A stretch of 64,000 bases of DNA. Origin: Candidatus Woesearchaeota archaeon. Its GTDB lineage: Archaea; Nanobdellota; Nanobdellia; Pacearchaeales; GW2011-AR1. The DNA is taken from positions 53,210 to 117,209 of the forward strand of contig CAZRUG010000001.1 in NCBI GenBank assembly GCA_964603295.1, read 5' to 3'. Position numbers and translations under genes: made by a program. Below the pieces are notes generated by a model. It saw only the letters and a list, made by a program, of their open reading frames with translations, ran no database searches and was not told where the DNA came from. How positions within the stretch are numbered: the first letter of the stretch is position 1; every line of letters starts with the position of its first letter. Shown piece after piece: positions 47,956 to 57,854 of this stretch.

Positions 47956-49510
47956 AATGTCTGAAAAAAATTCAATCAAAGATTATGTAAGACCACAAAT
48001 AAATTTTAGCCCAAAAATTCCCCCATTAAAAGGATTTAAAGATAAAACAAAAGTAAATGTTCGTTATTGCTTAATTGAACCTTTTGCATATGCACATATT
48101 TATTGGGATTCAAAAATTTATGAAGTGCGTTATGATATTGAGGAACCTAAATTAGATGAAAAAGAAGAAAAACTTAAACAAAAATTAACTTATGCAATGC
48201 GTAACTTAATTAACTTTGATGTAATTGTTAAACAAGATGAACAATCTCTTTTAGAATACATTGATAAAAAACTAAAAATTCTTGCAATTGAATTTGGTTT
48301 AGATTTATCTTATGAAAGTTATATGAAAGTTTATTATTATTTATGCAGAGATTTTATTGGATTTAATGAAGTAGACCCAATATTAAAAGACTATTTTGTA
48401 GAGGATATAGAATGTAATGGAGTTGATACACCAGTTTATTTAGTTCACAGAATTTATAGAAATATGAGGACAAATTTAGTATTCAATGATATTGAAAATC
48501 TAACTGGTTTTGTTGAAAAACTTGCACAAAGAGCAGGCAAATATGTTTCTTATGCTAATCCTGTTTTAGATGCAAGTTTGCCAGATGGCTCAAGAGTCAA
48601 TGCAACTTATACGAAAGACATTTCAAATAAAGGACCAACTTTTACAATTCGTAAATTTACTAAAACACCTTGGACACCAACACAATTAATTGCTTTTAAT
48701 ACTTTAAGTCCAGAAATGATTGCATATTTTTGGTTAATGGTTCAATATAAAAGAAGTTTACTTTTAACAGGTGGAACAGCTTCAGGTAAAACAACTTTGT
48801 TAAATGCAATTGCTTTTTTTATTCCTCCAGAAGCAAGAGTTGTTTCAATTGAAGATACATTAGAATTAAATCTTCCAAGAGATAACTGGTTACCAAGTGT
48901 TGTAAGAAGTGCAACAGGTGTTGGAAAACTTGGAGAAATTGATTTATTTACTTTGCTAAGAGCTTCATTTAGACAAAACCCTGATTATGTTATTGTTGGT
49001 GAAGTTAGGGGTAAAGAAGCTTATGTTTTATTTCAAGGAATGGCTTCTGGTCATGCTTCAATTAGTACAATGCATGCAGATTCAGTTGACACAGTAATCA
49101 AAAGATTAGAAACACCCCCAATAGAATTATCTCCAACATTACTAAATACTCTCGACGCTGTGTGTATTATGACCCATGCAATTGTAAACAAAAGAGAAAC
49201 AAGAAGATTAAAAAAAGTTGTTGAAATTGTAAATGTTGATGAAGAAGGAGTTGCACAAACTAACACTCCTTTTATTTGGAATGCTTCTGAAGATGATTTT
49301 TATTTTAAAAGTCAAAGCAGAATCTTTGAAAAAATTGCTCAAGATTATGGAATGTCAATGCAAGAACTTGAAACAGAATTTAAAAGAAGAACACTTTTGA
49401 TTTATAGAATGTATGAACAAAAAATCTTTGGATTTAAACAAGTTCAAGAATTAATTAATGAATATTATAAAAAACCAGAAATAGTTTTACAAAAGTTTGG
49501 AATTAGATAA
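47942..49510 (+). CDS. Type IV pilus/archaellum-type assembly ATPase (FlaI/PilB/TadA superfamily)
   Basis: 522 aa; Walker A GGTASGKTT, Walker B/Asp box VIVGEVRG, His box. Confidence 0.8.
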   Translation: MKQIKMSEKNSIKDYVRPQINFSPKIPPLKGFKDKTKVNVRYCLIEPFAYAHIYWDSKIYEVRYDIEEPKLDEKEEKLKQKLTYAMRNLINFDVIVKQDEQSLLEYIDKKLKILAIEFGLDLSYESYMKVYYYLCRDFIGFNEVDPILKDYFVEDIECNGVDTPVYLVHRIYRNMRTNLVFNDIENLTGFVEKLAQRAGKYVSYANPVLDASLPDGSRVNATYTKDISNKGPTFTIRKFTKTPWTPTQLIAFNTLSPEMIAYFWLMVQYKRSLLLTGGTASGKTTLLNAIAFFIPPEARVVSIEDTLELNLPRDNWLPSVVRSATGVGKLGEIDLFTLLRASFRQNPDYVIVGEVRGKEAYVLFQGMASGHASISTMHADSVDTVIKRLETPPIELSPTLLNTLDAVCIMTHAIVNKRETRRLKKVVEIVNVDEEGVAQTNTPFIWNASEDDFYFKSQSRIFEKIAQDYGMSMQELETEFKRRTLLIYRMYEQKIFGFKQVQELINEYYKKPEIVLQKFGIR

Positions 49511-49578
49511 CGAAACATTTATAAAATCCAGGCCTTTAACCTATTTTAAGAGTTCTCAAAATTTAGGCTCTTTTTTCT

Positions 49579-50268
49579 ATGGAAAATCAGGAAAATAAAA
49601 TGGATGAAGAAATCAAAAAGAATATTTTAAAGACAGGAACTACTATCTTAGGAATTGTTTGCAAAGACGGAGTTGTAACAGCTTCAGATAGGCAAGTTAC
49701 TGGCGGAAGTTCTATTGTAATGCACAAAGATTTCCCAAAAACAATTCAAATAAATGATTATTTAACAATTTCAATTTGTGGGGGAGTTTCAGCTGCACAA
49801 AGATTACTAAAAATTATTCCTGCTGAATTAAGATTAAAAGAATTAAGAAGTAAATCAAGACCAACTGTTAGACAAGCAGCAAGTTTACTTGCATCATTTT
49901 CATATTCTTCAATAAGACAACCTTCAATGATTCCAGACATTGTTGGTTCTTTGATTGCTGGCTTTAATGAAGATGGAACAACAGAATTATATTCAATTGG
50001 TGCAGATGGAACAATCTATCAAGTAACAGAATATGATGCAAATATGGGTTCAGGAATGCCTTATGTTTTAGGTTTATTAGAAAGACAATATAAAAAAGGA
50101 TTATCAGTAAAAGAAGGAATTGAATTAGCAAAAGAAGCACTTAAATCTTCAACACAAAGAGATACTGCATCAGGATATGGAATGGATATTTTTACAATAA
50201 CTAAAGACAGAATAAATAAAGTTGTTTCTCAGGAGATTCTTCCAGATTATAAAGACGACAAAGAATAA
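49579..50268 (+). CDS. psmB: Proteasome beta subunit
   Basis: 229 aa; propeptide then TGTTILGIVCKDGVVTASDRQVTGG and GSGMPY. Confidence 0.85.
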   Translation: MENQENKMDEEIKKNILKTGTTILGIVCKDGVVTASDRQVTGGSSIVMHKDFPKTIQINDYLTISICGGVSAAQRLLKIIPAELRLKELRSKSRPTVRQAASLLASFSYSSIRQPSMIPDIVGSLIAGFNEDGTTELYSIGADGTIYQVTEYDANMGSGMPYVLGLLERQYKKGLSVKEGIELAKEALKSSTQRDTASGYGMDIFTITKDRINKVVSQEILPDYKDDKE

Positions 50269-50276
50269 TTTCTAAC

Positions 50277-52160
50277 ATGGATATTTTAAAACAAATTAAA
50301 AGCAGGGTTGAGAGTAAGATTACTGAAGCAGTTTTTGAAGGTGCAAACATAGTTCTATATACAGATAATGAAAAATTCTTCAAAGAAGGTGAATCACAGA
50401 TTAAAGAAATTGTAAATGAATTTAAAAAAAGAATTGAACTTCGTGCAGACCCAAAAATATTAATGGAACAAGAAAAAGTCAAAGAAGAAGTTATGAAAAT
50501 TGTTCCAGAAGATACAGAAGTAACAAACATTTTATTTGAACCTCATAGAAGTGTTGTAATTGTTGAAGCTAAAAAACCCGGATTAGTTATTGGAAAACAA
50601 GGTTCTATTTTAGAAGAAATTAGAACAACAACTTTATGGACACCAAAAGTTCAAAGGTCACCTGCAATCAAAAGCCAAATAACTGAAAATATTCGAGAAG
50701 TTCTTTATGCAAATAATAGTTATAGAAGAAAATTCTTAAATCAAATTGGTGAAAAAATATACAGAGAATGGTCTCCAGATAAAATGAAAGGTTGGGTTAG
50801 AGTTTCAACTCTTGGTGCAGGAAGACAAGTTGGAAGAAGTTGTTTATTATTACAAACAGCTCAGTCAAATATTTTATTAGATTGTGGAATTGATGTTGCA
50901 GGTTCTGGTTCAGATAAATTTCCTTATCTTGAAGCACCAGAATTCGATATCTCAAAACTCGACGCTGTTATAATCTCACACGCACATTTAGATCATACTG
51001 GTTTATTACCCTATCTGTATAAAATGGGTTATAAAGGTCCAGTTTATATGACCCAACCAACACGAGACATCTCAGCACTTTTAGCATTAGATTTTATTGG
51101 AGTTGCATACAAACAAGCAACAAAACCATTATTCAGTACAGCAGATATTAAAGAAATGGTAAAACATTCAATTTGCTTAAGCTTCAATGAAGTTACAGAT
51201 GTAACTCCAGATGTTAGATTAACATTCTATAATTCAGGCCATTGTTTAGGAAGTGCTTTGGTTCATTTGAATATTGGAAATGGATTACACAATTTATTAT
51301 ACACTGGAGATTACAAATACGGAAAATCAAGATTACTTGACCCTGCAATTGCTGTTTTTCCAAGAGTTGAGACAGTTATTACTGAAGCTACTTATGGTGG
51401 AAAAGAAAACATATTACCTCCAAGACAAAAATCAGAAGAAAGTTTATTAGAAGTTGTAAATAGAGCAATTAAACAAGGAGGAAAAGTTTTAATTCCAGAA
51501 TTAGGTTTAGGGCGTGCTCAAGAAACAATGTTAATTCTTGAAGAAGCAATGAAAACAGGAAAAATGGAAAAAGTTCCAATTTACATCGACGGTATGATTT
51601 GGGATATTAATGCAATTCACACAGCTTATCCAGACTTTTTAGCAGGAAGAGTAAGAAATCAAATTTTCCAAGACAACAATCCATTCACATCAGAGATTTT
51701 CTCAAGAGTTGGTTCAGGTCATGAAAGAAAACAAGTTGTTGAAGGCGGACCTTGCGTTGTTTTAGCAACATCAGGTATGCTTACAGGAGGAGCATCAGTA
51801 GAATATTTTAGAGAATTTGCAGGCTCAGAAAAAAACGCAATAGTTTTTGTTTGTTATCAAGGTGCAGGCTCATTAGGAAGACAAGTTCAAGAAGGAGTAA
51901 AAGAAGTAAAAATGAATGTTGATGGCCATGATGAAATAATTGCAGTTAAATTAGAAGTAAAAACAATTGAAGGATTAACAGCTCATGCAGGAAGAAATGA
52001 AATCGTTGCTTTTTTTAATAACATGAGGCCAAAACCAAAAAGAATCTTAATTAATCACGGAGAAGTTTCTCGTTGTTTGGATTTAGCATCTTCTTTATAC
52101 AAGCTTAACAGAACTGAAACAAATGTTCTGCGAAATCTTGAAAGCATGAGATTGAAATAA
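50277..52160 (+). CDS. Archaeal CPSF1-type beta-CASP ribonuclease (FttA/aCPSF1; KH + MBL + beta-CASP)
   Basis: 627 aa; N-terminal KH-like region, ISHAHLDHTG, beta-CASP motifs; typical aCPSF1 length. Confidence 0.85.
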   Translation: MDILKQIKSRVESKITEAVFEGANIVLYTDNEKFFKEGESQIKEIVNEFKKRIELRADPKILMEQEKVKEEVMKIVPEDTEVTNILFEPHRSVVIVEAKKPGLVIGKQGSILEEIRTTTLWTPKVQRSPAIKSQITENIREVLYANNSYRRKFLNQIGEKIYREWSPDKMKGWVRVSTLGAGRQVGRSCLLLQTAQSNILLDCGIDVAGSGSDKFPYLEAPEFDISKLDAVIISHAHLDHTGLLPYLYKMGYKGPVYMTQPTRDISALLALDFIGVAYKQATKPLFSTADIKEMVKHSICLSFNEVTDVTPDVRLTFYNSGHCLGSALVHLNIGNGLHNLLYTGDYKYGKSRLLDPAIAVFPRVETVITEATYGGKENILPPRQKSEESLLEVVNRAIKQGGKVLIPELGLGRAQETMLILEEAMKTGKMEKVPIYIDGMIWDINAIHTAYPDFLAGRVRNQIFQDNNPFTSEIFSRVGSGHERKQVVEGGPCVVLATSGMLTGGASVEYFREFAGSEKNAIVFVCYQGAGSLGRQVQEGVKEVKMNVDGHDEIIAVKLEVKTIEGLTAHAGRNEIVAFFNNMRPKPKRILINHGEVSRCLDLASSLYKLNRTETNVLRNLESMRLK

Positions 52161-52201
52161 TTTAAAAAGTCTTTTTGCTTATTTAATTAAGAGAGGTTAC
52201 A

Positions 52202-53155
52202 ATGAAACACAGATTAAAAATAACAATTATTCTTTTAGCAATGTTTGTTCTAACTCAGTTTATTGGACTTTATATTGTAGATCATTATTCAACAACCAAA
52301 GTTATCGAAGGTGTTGTTGTAAAAAATGTAACAGCTCCTTCATTGCCTTATGGTTTAGAAACTCCAGAACCAGTTGAACAAACAGATTTTGCAAGTTTCT
52401 TAATATCAATGATTATTGCATTTATTTTTGCAATTTCTTTAATGTTAATTTTAACTAAAATCAAGGCAGAGTTCATACTCAAATTATGGTTTTATTTTGT
52501 TGTTGTAATTGCACTTGGAATTTCACTCAATGCTTTTTTCTCTCCATTACAATATGCTGGAATAATGGCATTTATTTTTGCACTTGTTTTAGCTTTTTTC
52601 AAAATTTATAAAAGAAATATCTTAGTTCATAATTCAACTGAATTAATTATTTACCCTGGAATTGCAGCAGTTTTTGTTCCAATCTTAAACTTTTATACAA
52701 TTATTATCTTGTTAATTATAATTTCTATCTATGATATGTGGGCTGTTTGGAAATCTGGAATAATGCAAAAAATGGCAAAATATCAAATGGATACTTTGAA
52801 AATATTTTCTGGATTTTTTATTCCATATGTTGATGCAAAAACCAAAGCAAAAATTAAAGCTTGGAAAACTAAAGCCAAAAAAGACAAAAAGTTTAAAGAA
52901 AAAATAAAAGACAAAAAAATTGAAATGAATGTAGCAATCCTTGGGGGAGGAGATGTAATCTTTCCTATTATTACTGCTGGAGTTATGCTTAAAACACCTG
53001 GATTTGGCTTATTTGGGGCAATTTCAGTAATTATTGGAGCAACATTAGGTTTATCTTATTTATTTTTCATAGGAAGCAAGAAAAAATTCTATCCAGCAAT
53101 GCCTTATATCACAGCAGGAATTTTCTTAGGAATTTTGTTGAGTTGGATATTTTGA
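52202..53155 (+). CDS. Presenilin/signal-peptide-peptidase-like intramembrane aspartyl protease
   Basis: 317 aa, polytopic; YD motif (SIYDMW), GxGD (LGGGDVIF), PAL-like PAMPY. Confidence 0.55.
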   Translation: MKHRLKITIILLAMFVLTQFIGLYIVDHYSTTKVIEGVVVKNVTAPSLPYGLETPEPVEQTDFASFLISMIIAFIFAISLMLILTKIKAEFILKLWFYFVVVIALGISLNAFFSPLQYAGIMAFIFALVLAFFKIYKRNILVHNSTELIIYPGIAAVFVPILNFYTIIILLIIISIYDMWAVWKSGIMQKMAKYQMDTLKIFSGFFIPYVDAKTKAKIKAWKTKAKKDKKFKEKIKDKKIEMNVAILGGGDVIFPIITAGVMLKTPGFGLFGAISVIIGATLGLSYLFFIGSKKKFYPAMPYITAGIFLGILLSWIF

Positions 53156-53215
53156 AGTTATTGGAAAGTGATTACAAATAGAAAAACTTAAAAACACTTT
53201 TTTTATTAGCTTTAT

Positions 53216-54112
53216 ATGACAGTAATAAATGCAATGTCTTTTGGAGAAAGTGGAGCTGCAATTGCAGATGAACAATCATCTACTCCAAAAAGAAAATATA
53301 ATGTTTCTCAAAAAATACAGCCACTCGGAGATAAAGCCTTTTTTGGTGGAAGTGGTCCTGCTGATTTTATTCGAGAGATTTACGATGAATCTAATTCACA
53401 AATTAAAGGGAGTTTGCCAATCAAAGAGATGGCAAGAATTGTAAAGGATACTCTTTTTGAAGCTAAAAACCAAAGAAAAGATGACGCTCTTAGAGCAATG
53501 TATGATTTATCATTAGAAGAGATTAAAACAGGTGTTTCTAGAAAAAGTGGAATGCAACTTGCAGATTTAACAAATCCCGTAAATATGTTGCAACAATTGG
53601 AGGAGCAACTATCTCTTGGAATTCTTATTGGGGGTTTATCTGGAAATGGTTTTGAAGTTTATCTCCTAAGTCCTCAAACAGGAACAACTAAAATTTCAAG
53701 ACCATATGCTTCAATTGGGTCTGGATCAGATGAATCTGATAAAGTTTTATCTAGTTATGCTGCAAGTCTTACAAGAGATAATAGGCTTTGTATTGGCTCT
53801 GAAGAAGGTTTAGTAAAGTTAATTGAGGCAACAAATGCTGCTTCAGACATAAATGTTGGTGTTGGAGGAATACCTTCTATAAGGTATATTTCTCAGAAAA
53901 AGGTTTATGCTCCAAATGAAGAAAATTGCATTCTCTCTGGAGAGTTAGTAAAGGGTTACATTAGGGACCTATTACCAAGAGATTTTGTTTATTCTTCAGT
54001 TATGAATTTGGTTAAGGGTGAAGCTGAGTTTGAAAAAGTAGAAGAGGATATGAAAACAAAATCAAAAGATTGGAAAAAATTAGACAGAATTCTTAGGGGA
54101 TATAAAGAATAA
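53216..54112 (+). CDS. HslV/proteasome-beta-like Ntn-hydrolase with ~100-aa C-terminal extension
   Basis: 298 aa; MTVINAM... aligns to HslV MTTIVSV..., with Thr2, Asp at +17 and Lys ~+32; FGGSGPADF matches AGGTADAF; SIGSGSDES GSGS motif. Confidence 0.55.
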   Translation: MTVINAMSFGESGAAIADEQSSTPKRKYNVSQKIQPLGDKAFFGGSGPADFIREIYDESNSQIKGSLPIKEMARIVKDTLFEAKNQRKDDALRAMYDLSLEEIKTGVSRKSGMQLADLTNPVNMLQQLEEQLSLGILIGGLSGNGFEVYLLSPQTGTTKISRPYASIGSGSDESDKVLSSYAASLTRDNRLCIGSEEGLVKLIEATNAASDINVGVGGIPSIRYISQKKVYAPNEENCILSGELVKGYIRDLLPRDFVYSSVMNLVKGEAEFEKVEEDMKTKSKDWKKLDRILRGYKE

Positions 54113-54171
54113 TATTATTGTTACCTTTATCAAGTCGCAACATTATAGAAACATTTATAAACCCCTTTTGA

Positions 54172-54960
54172 GTGATTACAAACATGTTAGTTAAACAAGA
54201 ATTAATAAGCAGAATCAAAGACTACTTTGACTTGAATATTTATGAAACAAAAGTTTGGTTAGCCTTGCTTGGAAAAGGAATTGCCTCTGCCGGGCAAATT
54301 GCAGAAATCTCAAAAGTTCCTCGTTCAAGAACTTACGATGTTTTAGAATCTTTAGAAAAAAAAGGATTCGCAATTGTTAAATTAGGTAAACCAGTAAAAT
54401 ACATTGGAGTAAAACCACATATTGTTTTAGAAAAATTAAAGAGAAATATTCATGAAGAAGCACAAGACAGAATCAAAAGTTTAGGCAAAATTAAAGAAAC
54501 AGAAGAATTCACTAAATTAGAAGCATTATATAATGAAGGAACAGATCCAGTAAAAAGAGAAGATATCTCAGCCGCTTTATCTGGGAAATCAAATATTACA
54601 AACTACTTAAAAGAAATATTAAGAGAAGCAAAAAAAGAAGTAATTGTTTGCTTAAGTGCAGAAGAACTTGCTAAAAAAGAAAAATTATTCAAAGCCACTT
54701 TTGATTTACTTTTGAAAAACAATGTAAAAGTCAAACTCGCTCTTTCAGGAGATGAAAAAGAAATTAAATTTGTTTCAGAAAAGTTTGGAATCAAAGCAAA
54801 GAAGATTGACATTAATGCAAAGTTCTTTATTATTGATAAAACTGAAATTCTTTTCTATGTTTCAAACAACCAAAATGGTGAAGAAAATGCAGTTTGGTTA
54901 AATTCTGAATTCTTTTCTCAAGCATTTGCAGGTTTATTTGAAACTGCAATGAAAGCTTAG
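54172..54960 (+). CDS. TrmB-family transcriptional regulator
   Basis: 262 aa; N-terminal TrmB wHTH (YETKVWLALLGKGIASAGQIAEISKVPRSRTYDVLESLEKKGF). Confidence 0.7.
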   Translation: MITNMLVKQELISRIKDYFDLNIYETKVWLALLGKGIASAGQIAEISKVPRSRTYDVLESLEKKGFAIVKLGKPVKYIGVKPHIVLEKLKRNIHEEAQDRIKSLGKIKETEEFTKLEALYNEGTDPVKREDISAALSGKSNITNYLKEILREAKKEVIVCLSAEELAKKEKLFKATFDLLLKNNVKVKLALSGDEKEIKFVSEKFGIKAKKIDINAKFFIIDKTEILFYVSNNQNGEENAVWLNSEFFSQAFAGLFETAMKA

Positions 54961-54973
54961 GAGGTTTTTTAAA

Positions 54974-55480
54974 ATGATGATGCATAATAATAGTGTGAAA
55001 GGAATTTATGGAAGTTTTTCTTTAGCAAGAACAAGAAGTGATAATTCTGTTGTTAGAAATATTGTTCCTGTTTATGACGCAGTTGCAAACCTTGATTCAG
55101 AATATCTTGTTGGATTAAGCAGAGATGGATTTCATGTTGGGCAATTACTTTTTAATGGTTCATTAAATGTAGAACAATTAAATCCAAGAGACATGCCCTC
55201 TGAATTAAACAATCTTTTTTTTAAATTCAAGATTGAAAGAGGGAAATTTATAGCAATCCCTGTGGATCACGAAGGAATCTCATTAGAAACAAATAATAGG
55301 CTATATCGTTTTCAAGATAATAGAAAATTAATGGATGGGGATGCAAGTAGCTATATGGGTGCAAGAATGATAAATAAAAGAAGACCAATGCCTCTTGAAG
55401 AAGCAACATTTCATTTACCTGTTAGAGGAAAACTTAAATTAGGATATTCTACAAGACCTCCAATAATGACAAGATTCTAA
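54974..55480 (+). CDS. Hypothetical protein
   Basis: 168-aa ORF with RBS-like AGGAGG upstream. Confidence 0.45.
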   Translation: MMMHNNSVKGIYGSFSLARTRSDNSVVRNIVPVYDAVANLDSEYLVGLSRDGFHVGQLLFNGSLNVEQLNPRDMPSELNNLFFKFKIERGKFIAIPVDHEGISLETNNRLYRFQDNRKLMDGDASSYMGARMINKRRPMPLEEATFHLPVRGKLKLGYSTRPPIMTRF

Positions 55481-56739
55481 TCAATCTTCAACTCAATAAT
55501 ACTCATCTCACTAATTTTGTCCTTATTTTTCTTTTTCCAATCTTTAATAAAATCCTTTAAATCAAAATTAACTTTTTCATTAGCATAAATTCGAGAATCC
55601 TCTTCATAAATATTTTTGTGCTTTTTCTTAAATTCTTTTAAATTATTTTTATCATTTAAATAAGGTCCTGTATAAATCACTTTAGATTTTTTATTCCCAG
55701 TAATAAATGCCTTTGCTTTTTGCTCTTTATTATACTCAAAACCTTGCTTTTCAATATCAAAGTAAAAACTTGTCTCAGACAATAAATGCTTGTAAAATTT
55801 CAATAACTTACTCCCTGCAATATCTCCTTCTTGCCTATCTGTTTCAATTTCTAATTCAATAAAATCAAAATTATTTTTCTCAGCTTTTTGCTTTTCTAAA
55901 TCAAAATCAATTTTCTTTTTCCTAAAAAAGTCTTTAGAAGGATTATTCAAAAATTCTTTAGCAACTTTTTTAAAATCTTCAAAAACTTCCTCACGCAAAG
56001 CAGCTGCAACATTTCTTTCTTTAAAAGTTGGATCAACCAAGACAATTGGTGATTGCAATTTAGAACTATTAATTTCCATTAAGATTTCTTGTTTATTTTT
56101 ATATTTCTTTTCAATATCAATAATTATTTTCTCTTCTGATTTAACAACTGATTTCAAAAATTTGTTAAAACCCTTGTAATAATAAATCAAAAGCTCAAGA
56201 GCATAACCAGAAAAACCACCTACATAAGACTCTGCACCATAGCAATTATTTGCAGCACAAAACACCTTTGCAATTTTAATATCTCTTAAAATCTTTACAT
56301 CTTTAATTTTTGATTTAACATACTTAACATGGCTATATGAAAGGTCTGTAACATTAACAGCTTCCTCAGGCTTTTTTATTTCTCTAACTGGAACAATTTC
56401 AAAATACAAGTCTTCTCCTTTATTAATTTGAAAATAATCTCGAGAACCATGAACAACTTTTAATCCATCAACTCCTTTTAACAATTCCTCTGTTAGCTCA
56501 GATAACTCATTGTCATCATACTTTTTATCAAATCTAAGGAAAACATCAACATCATAAACTTCTTTTCTCACAAGAGTTCCTTTAGCATAACTACCTCCAA
56601 CAAAAACACTTACCTTAACATTTTGTTCTTTAATTCTTTCATTTAAATCATTAAGAAAATCCTTTAACTTAGAATCAATTTCTTTAAGCTTTTCTTTAGA
56701 AGGCTCTACATTCATTTCCTTAAATATTTTCTCAGACAT
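55477..56739 (-). CDS. cca: CCA-adding tRNA nucleotidyltransferase (archaeal class I)
   Basis: 420 aa; class I NTase motif GGSYAKGT...DVDVFL; archaeal CCA size. Confidence 0.8.
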   Translation of the reverse strand: MSEKIFKEMNVEPSKEKLKEIDSKLKDFLNDLNERIKEQNVKVSVFVGGSYAKGTLVRKEVYDVDVFLRFDKKYDDNELSELTEELLKGVDGLKVVHGSRDYFQINKGEDLYFEIVPVREIKKPEEAVNVTDLSYSHVKYVKSKIKDVKILRDIKIAKVFCAANNCYGAESYVGGFSGYALELLIYYYKGFNKFLKSVVKSEEKIIIDIEKKYKNKQEILMEINSSKLQSPIVLVDPTFKERNVAAALREEVFEDFKKVAKEFLNNPSKDFFRKKKIDFDLEKQKAEKNNFDFIELEIETDRQEGDIAGSKLLKFYKHLLSETSFYFDIEKQGFEYNKEQKAKAFITGNKKSKVIYTGPYLNDKNNLKEFKKKHKNIYEEDSRIYANEKVNFDLKDFIKDWKKKNKDKISEMSIIELKID

Positions 56740-56769
56740 ATATATTAAATGATAATAATCCTTATAAAA

Positions 56770-57150
56770 TTATTCTTCATCCTTTTTTCCAAAAGTCATA
56801 GATAAATCAATTATATATTTGCCGTCTTCTAATTTGTAAACTAAAGGTCTGTCTTTTCTAAATAAATTAACAACATCGATTTCATATTTTCCAGGTCCAA
56901 CTGCCCTAACTGATTCAAAATCTAAAATCACAGGAGCTTCATCATCTGTAATTCCAGCCATATCCCTGACATCTTTTTCAATTTTATCTCTTTCTTTTTC
57001 AGGAATTTCAATTGGCTCTTCCCTAACTTTTTCCAAGTATTCATCTCTAATATAAAAGAAAAACCTTCCTCCACACTCTGCACAGCCTTCTAGTAATTCT
57101 TTATTGGCCTGGGGCAGAATACGTTTACATCGAACACATTGATGAGCCAT
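56770..57150 (-). CDS. Zn-ribbon protein (CxxC...CxxC), conserved archaeal hypothetical
   Basis: 126 aa; CVRC...CAEC N-terminal ribbon. Confidence 0.5.
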   Translation of the reverse strand: MAHQCVRCKRILPQANKELLEGCAECGGRFFFYIRDEYLEKVREEPIEIPEKERDKIEKDVRDMAGITDDEAPVILDFESVRAVGPGKYEIDVVNLFRKDRPLVYKLEDGKYIIDLSMTFGKKDEE

Positions 57151-57180
57151 AATAAAATTTAGAAAACAAACTTAATAAAT

Positions 57181-57384
57181 TTATCTATCGTATTCTTCTG
57201 GATAAACCCAACCTCTTCCAACAAAATAAACTTTTTTTCTTTTTGTTCTATTAATTAAAAAAACCAAGAACATTAATAATGCAATAAACAAACTTAACAA
57301 AGCCAAAAAATATTCTTCTTGAAATAGATTAAAAACAGAAATAAATACAAATAAAATAATTACTACTAAAGAAAATCTCCTCAT
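57181..57384 (-). CDS. Small hypothetical membrane protein
   Basis: 67 aa with two hydrophobic helices. Confidence 0.35.
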   Translation of the reverse strand: MRRFSLVVIILFVFISVFNLFQEEYFLALLSLFIALLMFLVFLINRTKRKKVYFVGRGWVYPEEYDR

Positions 57385-57410
57385 AGATTTTTTTAATTGA
57401 GCAGACCTGA

Positions 57411-57824
57411 TTATTTGTTTAATAATAATTCTATTTTTTTAGGATTCTTTTTAATCTCTTTAACAACTGTTGCAGGCCCAATAATAGTTACTGCACCAAA
57501 ATCTCCTCCAGATAATATATTTAACAAACCTTTTCTAAATTTATTAAAAAATCCCTCATTTCCATTTTCTGAAATAACTGCAAGTTCAATTCCTTTAAAA
57601 TGTTTAATATGTCCAATCATTGCCATTGTATCTCCAATTAATCGAGTTTCCTCTTCCGGTCTTAATCTTCCTTGTAAAATAATTATTTGATTTCCCAATA
57701 CAATATCAAGGATTTTTTTAATTCTTTCATTACTATCTAAATCTCTTATCTCTGAATAAGGTAAAAACTGAATTGAAAATCCTTTTATCTTTCCCAAACT
57801 TTTTCCTCTTTTTTTTACTGGCAT
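57411..57824 (-). CDS. Conserved archaeal hypothetical protein (DUF-type, co-occurs with the neighbouring GTPase and Zn-ribbon)
   Basis: 137-aa ORF; gene neighbourhood only. Confidence 0.4.
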   Translation of the reverse strand: MPVKKRGKSLGKIKGFSIQFLPYSEIRDLDSNERIKKILDIVLGNQIIILQGRLRPEEETRLIGDTMAMIGHIKHFKGIELAVISENGNEGFFNKFRKGLLNILSGGDFGAVTIIGPATVVKEIKKNPKKIELLLNK

Positions 57825-57854
57825 TTTTTTATTAATATTTTGTCTTTTAAAAAC

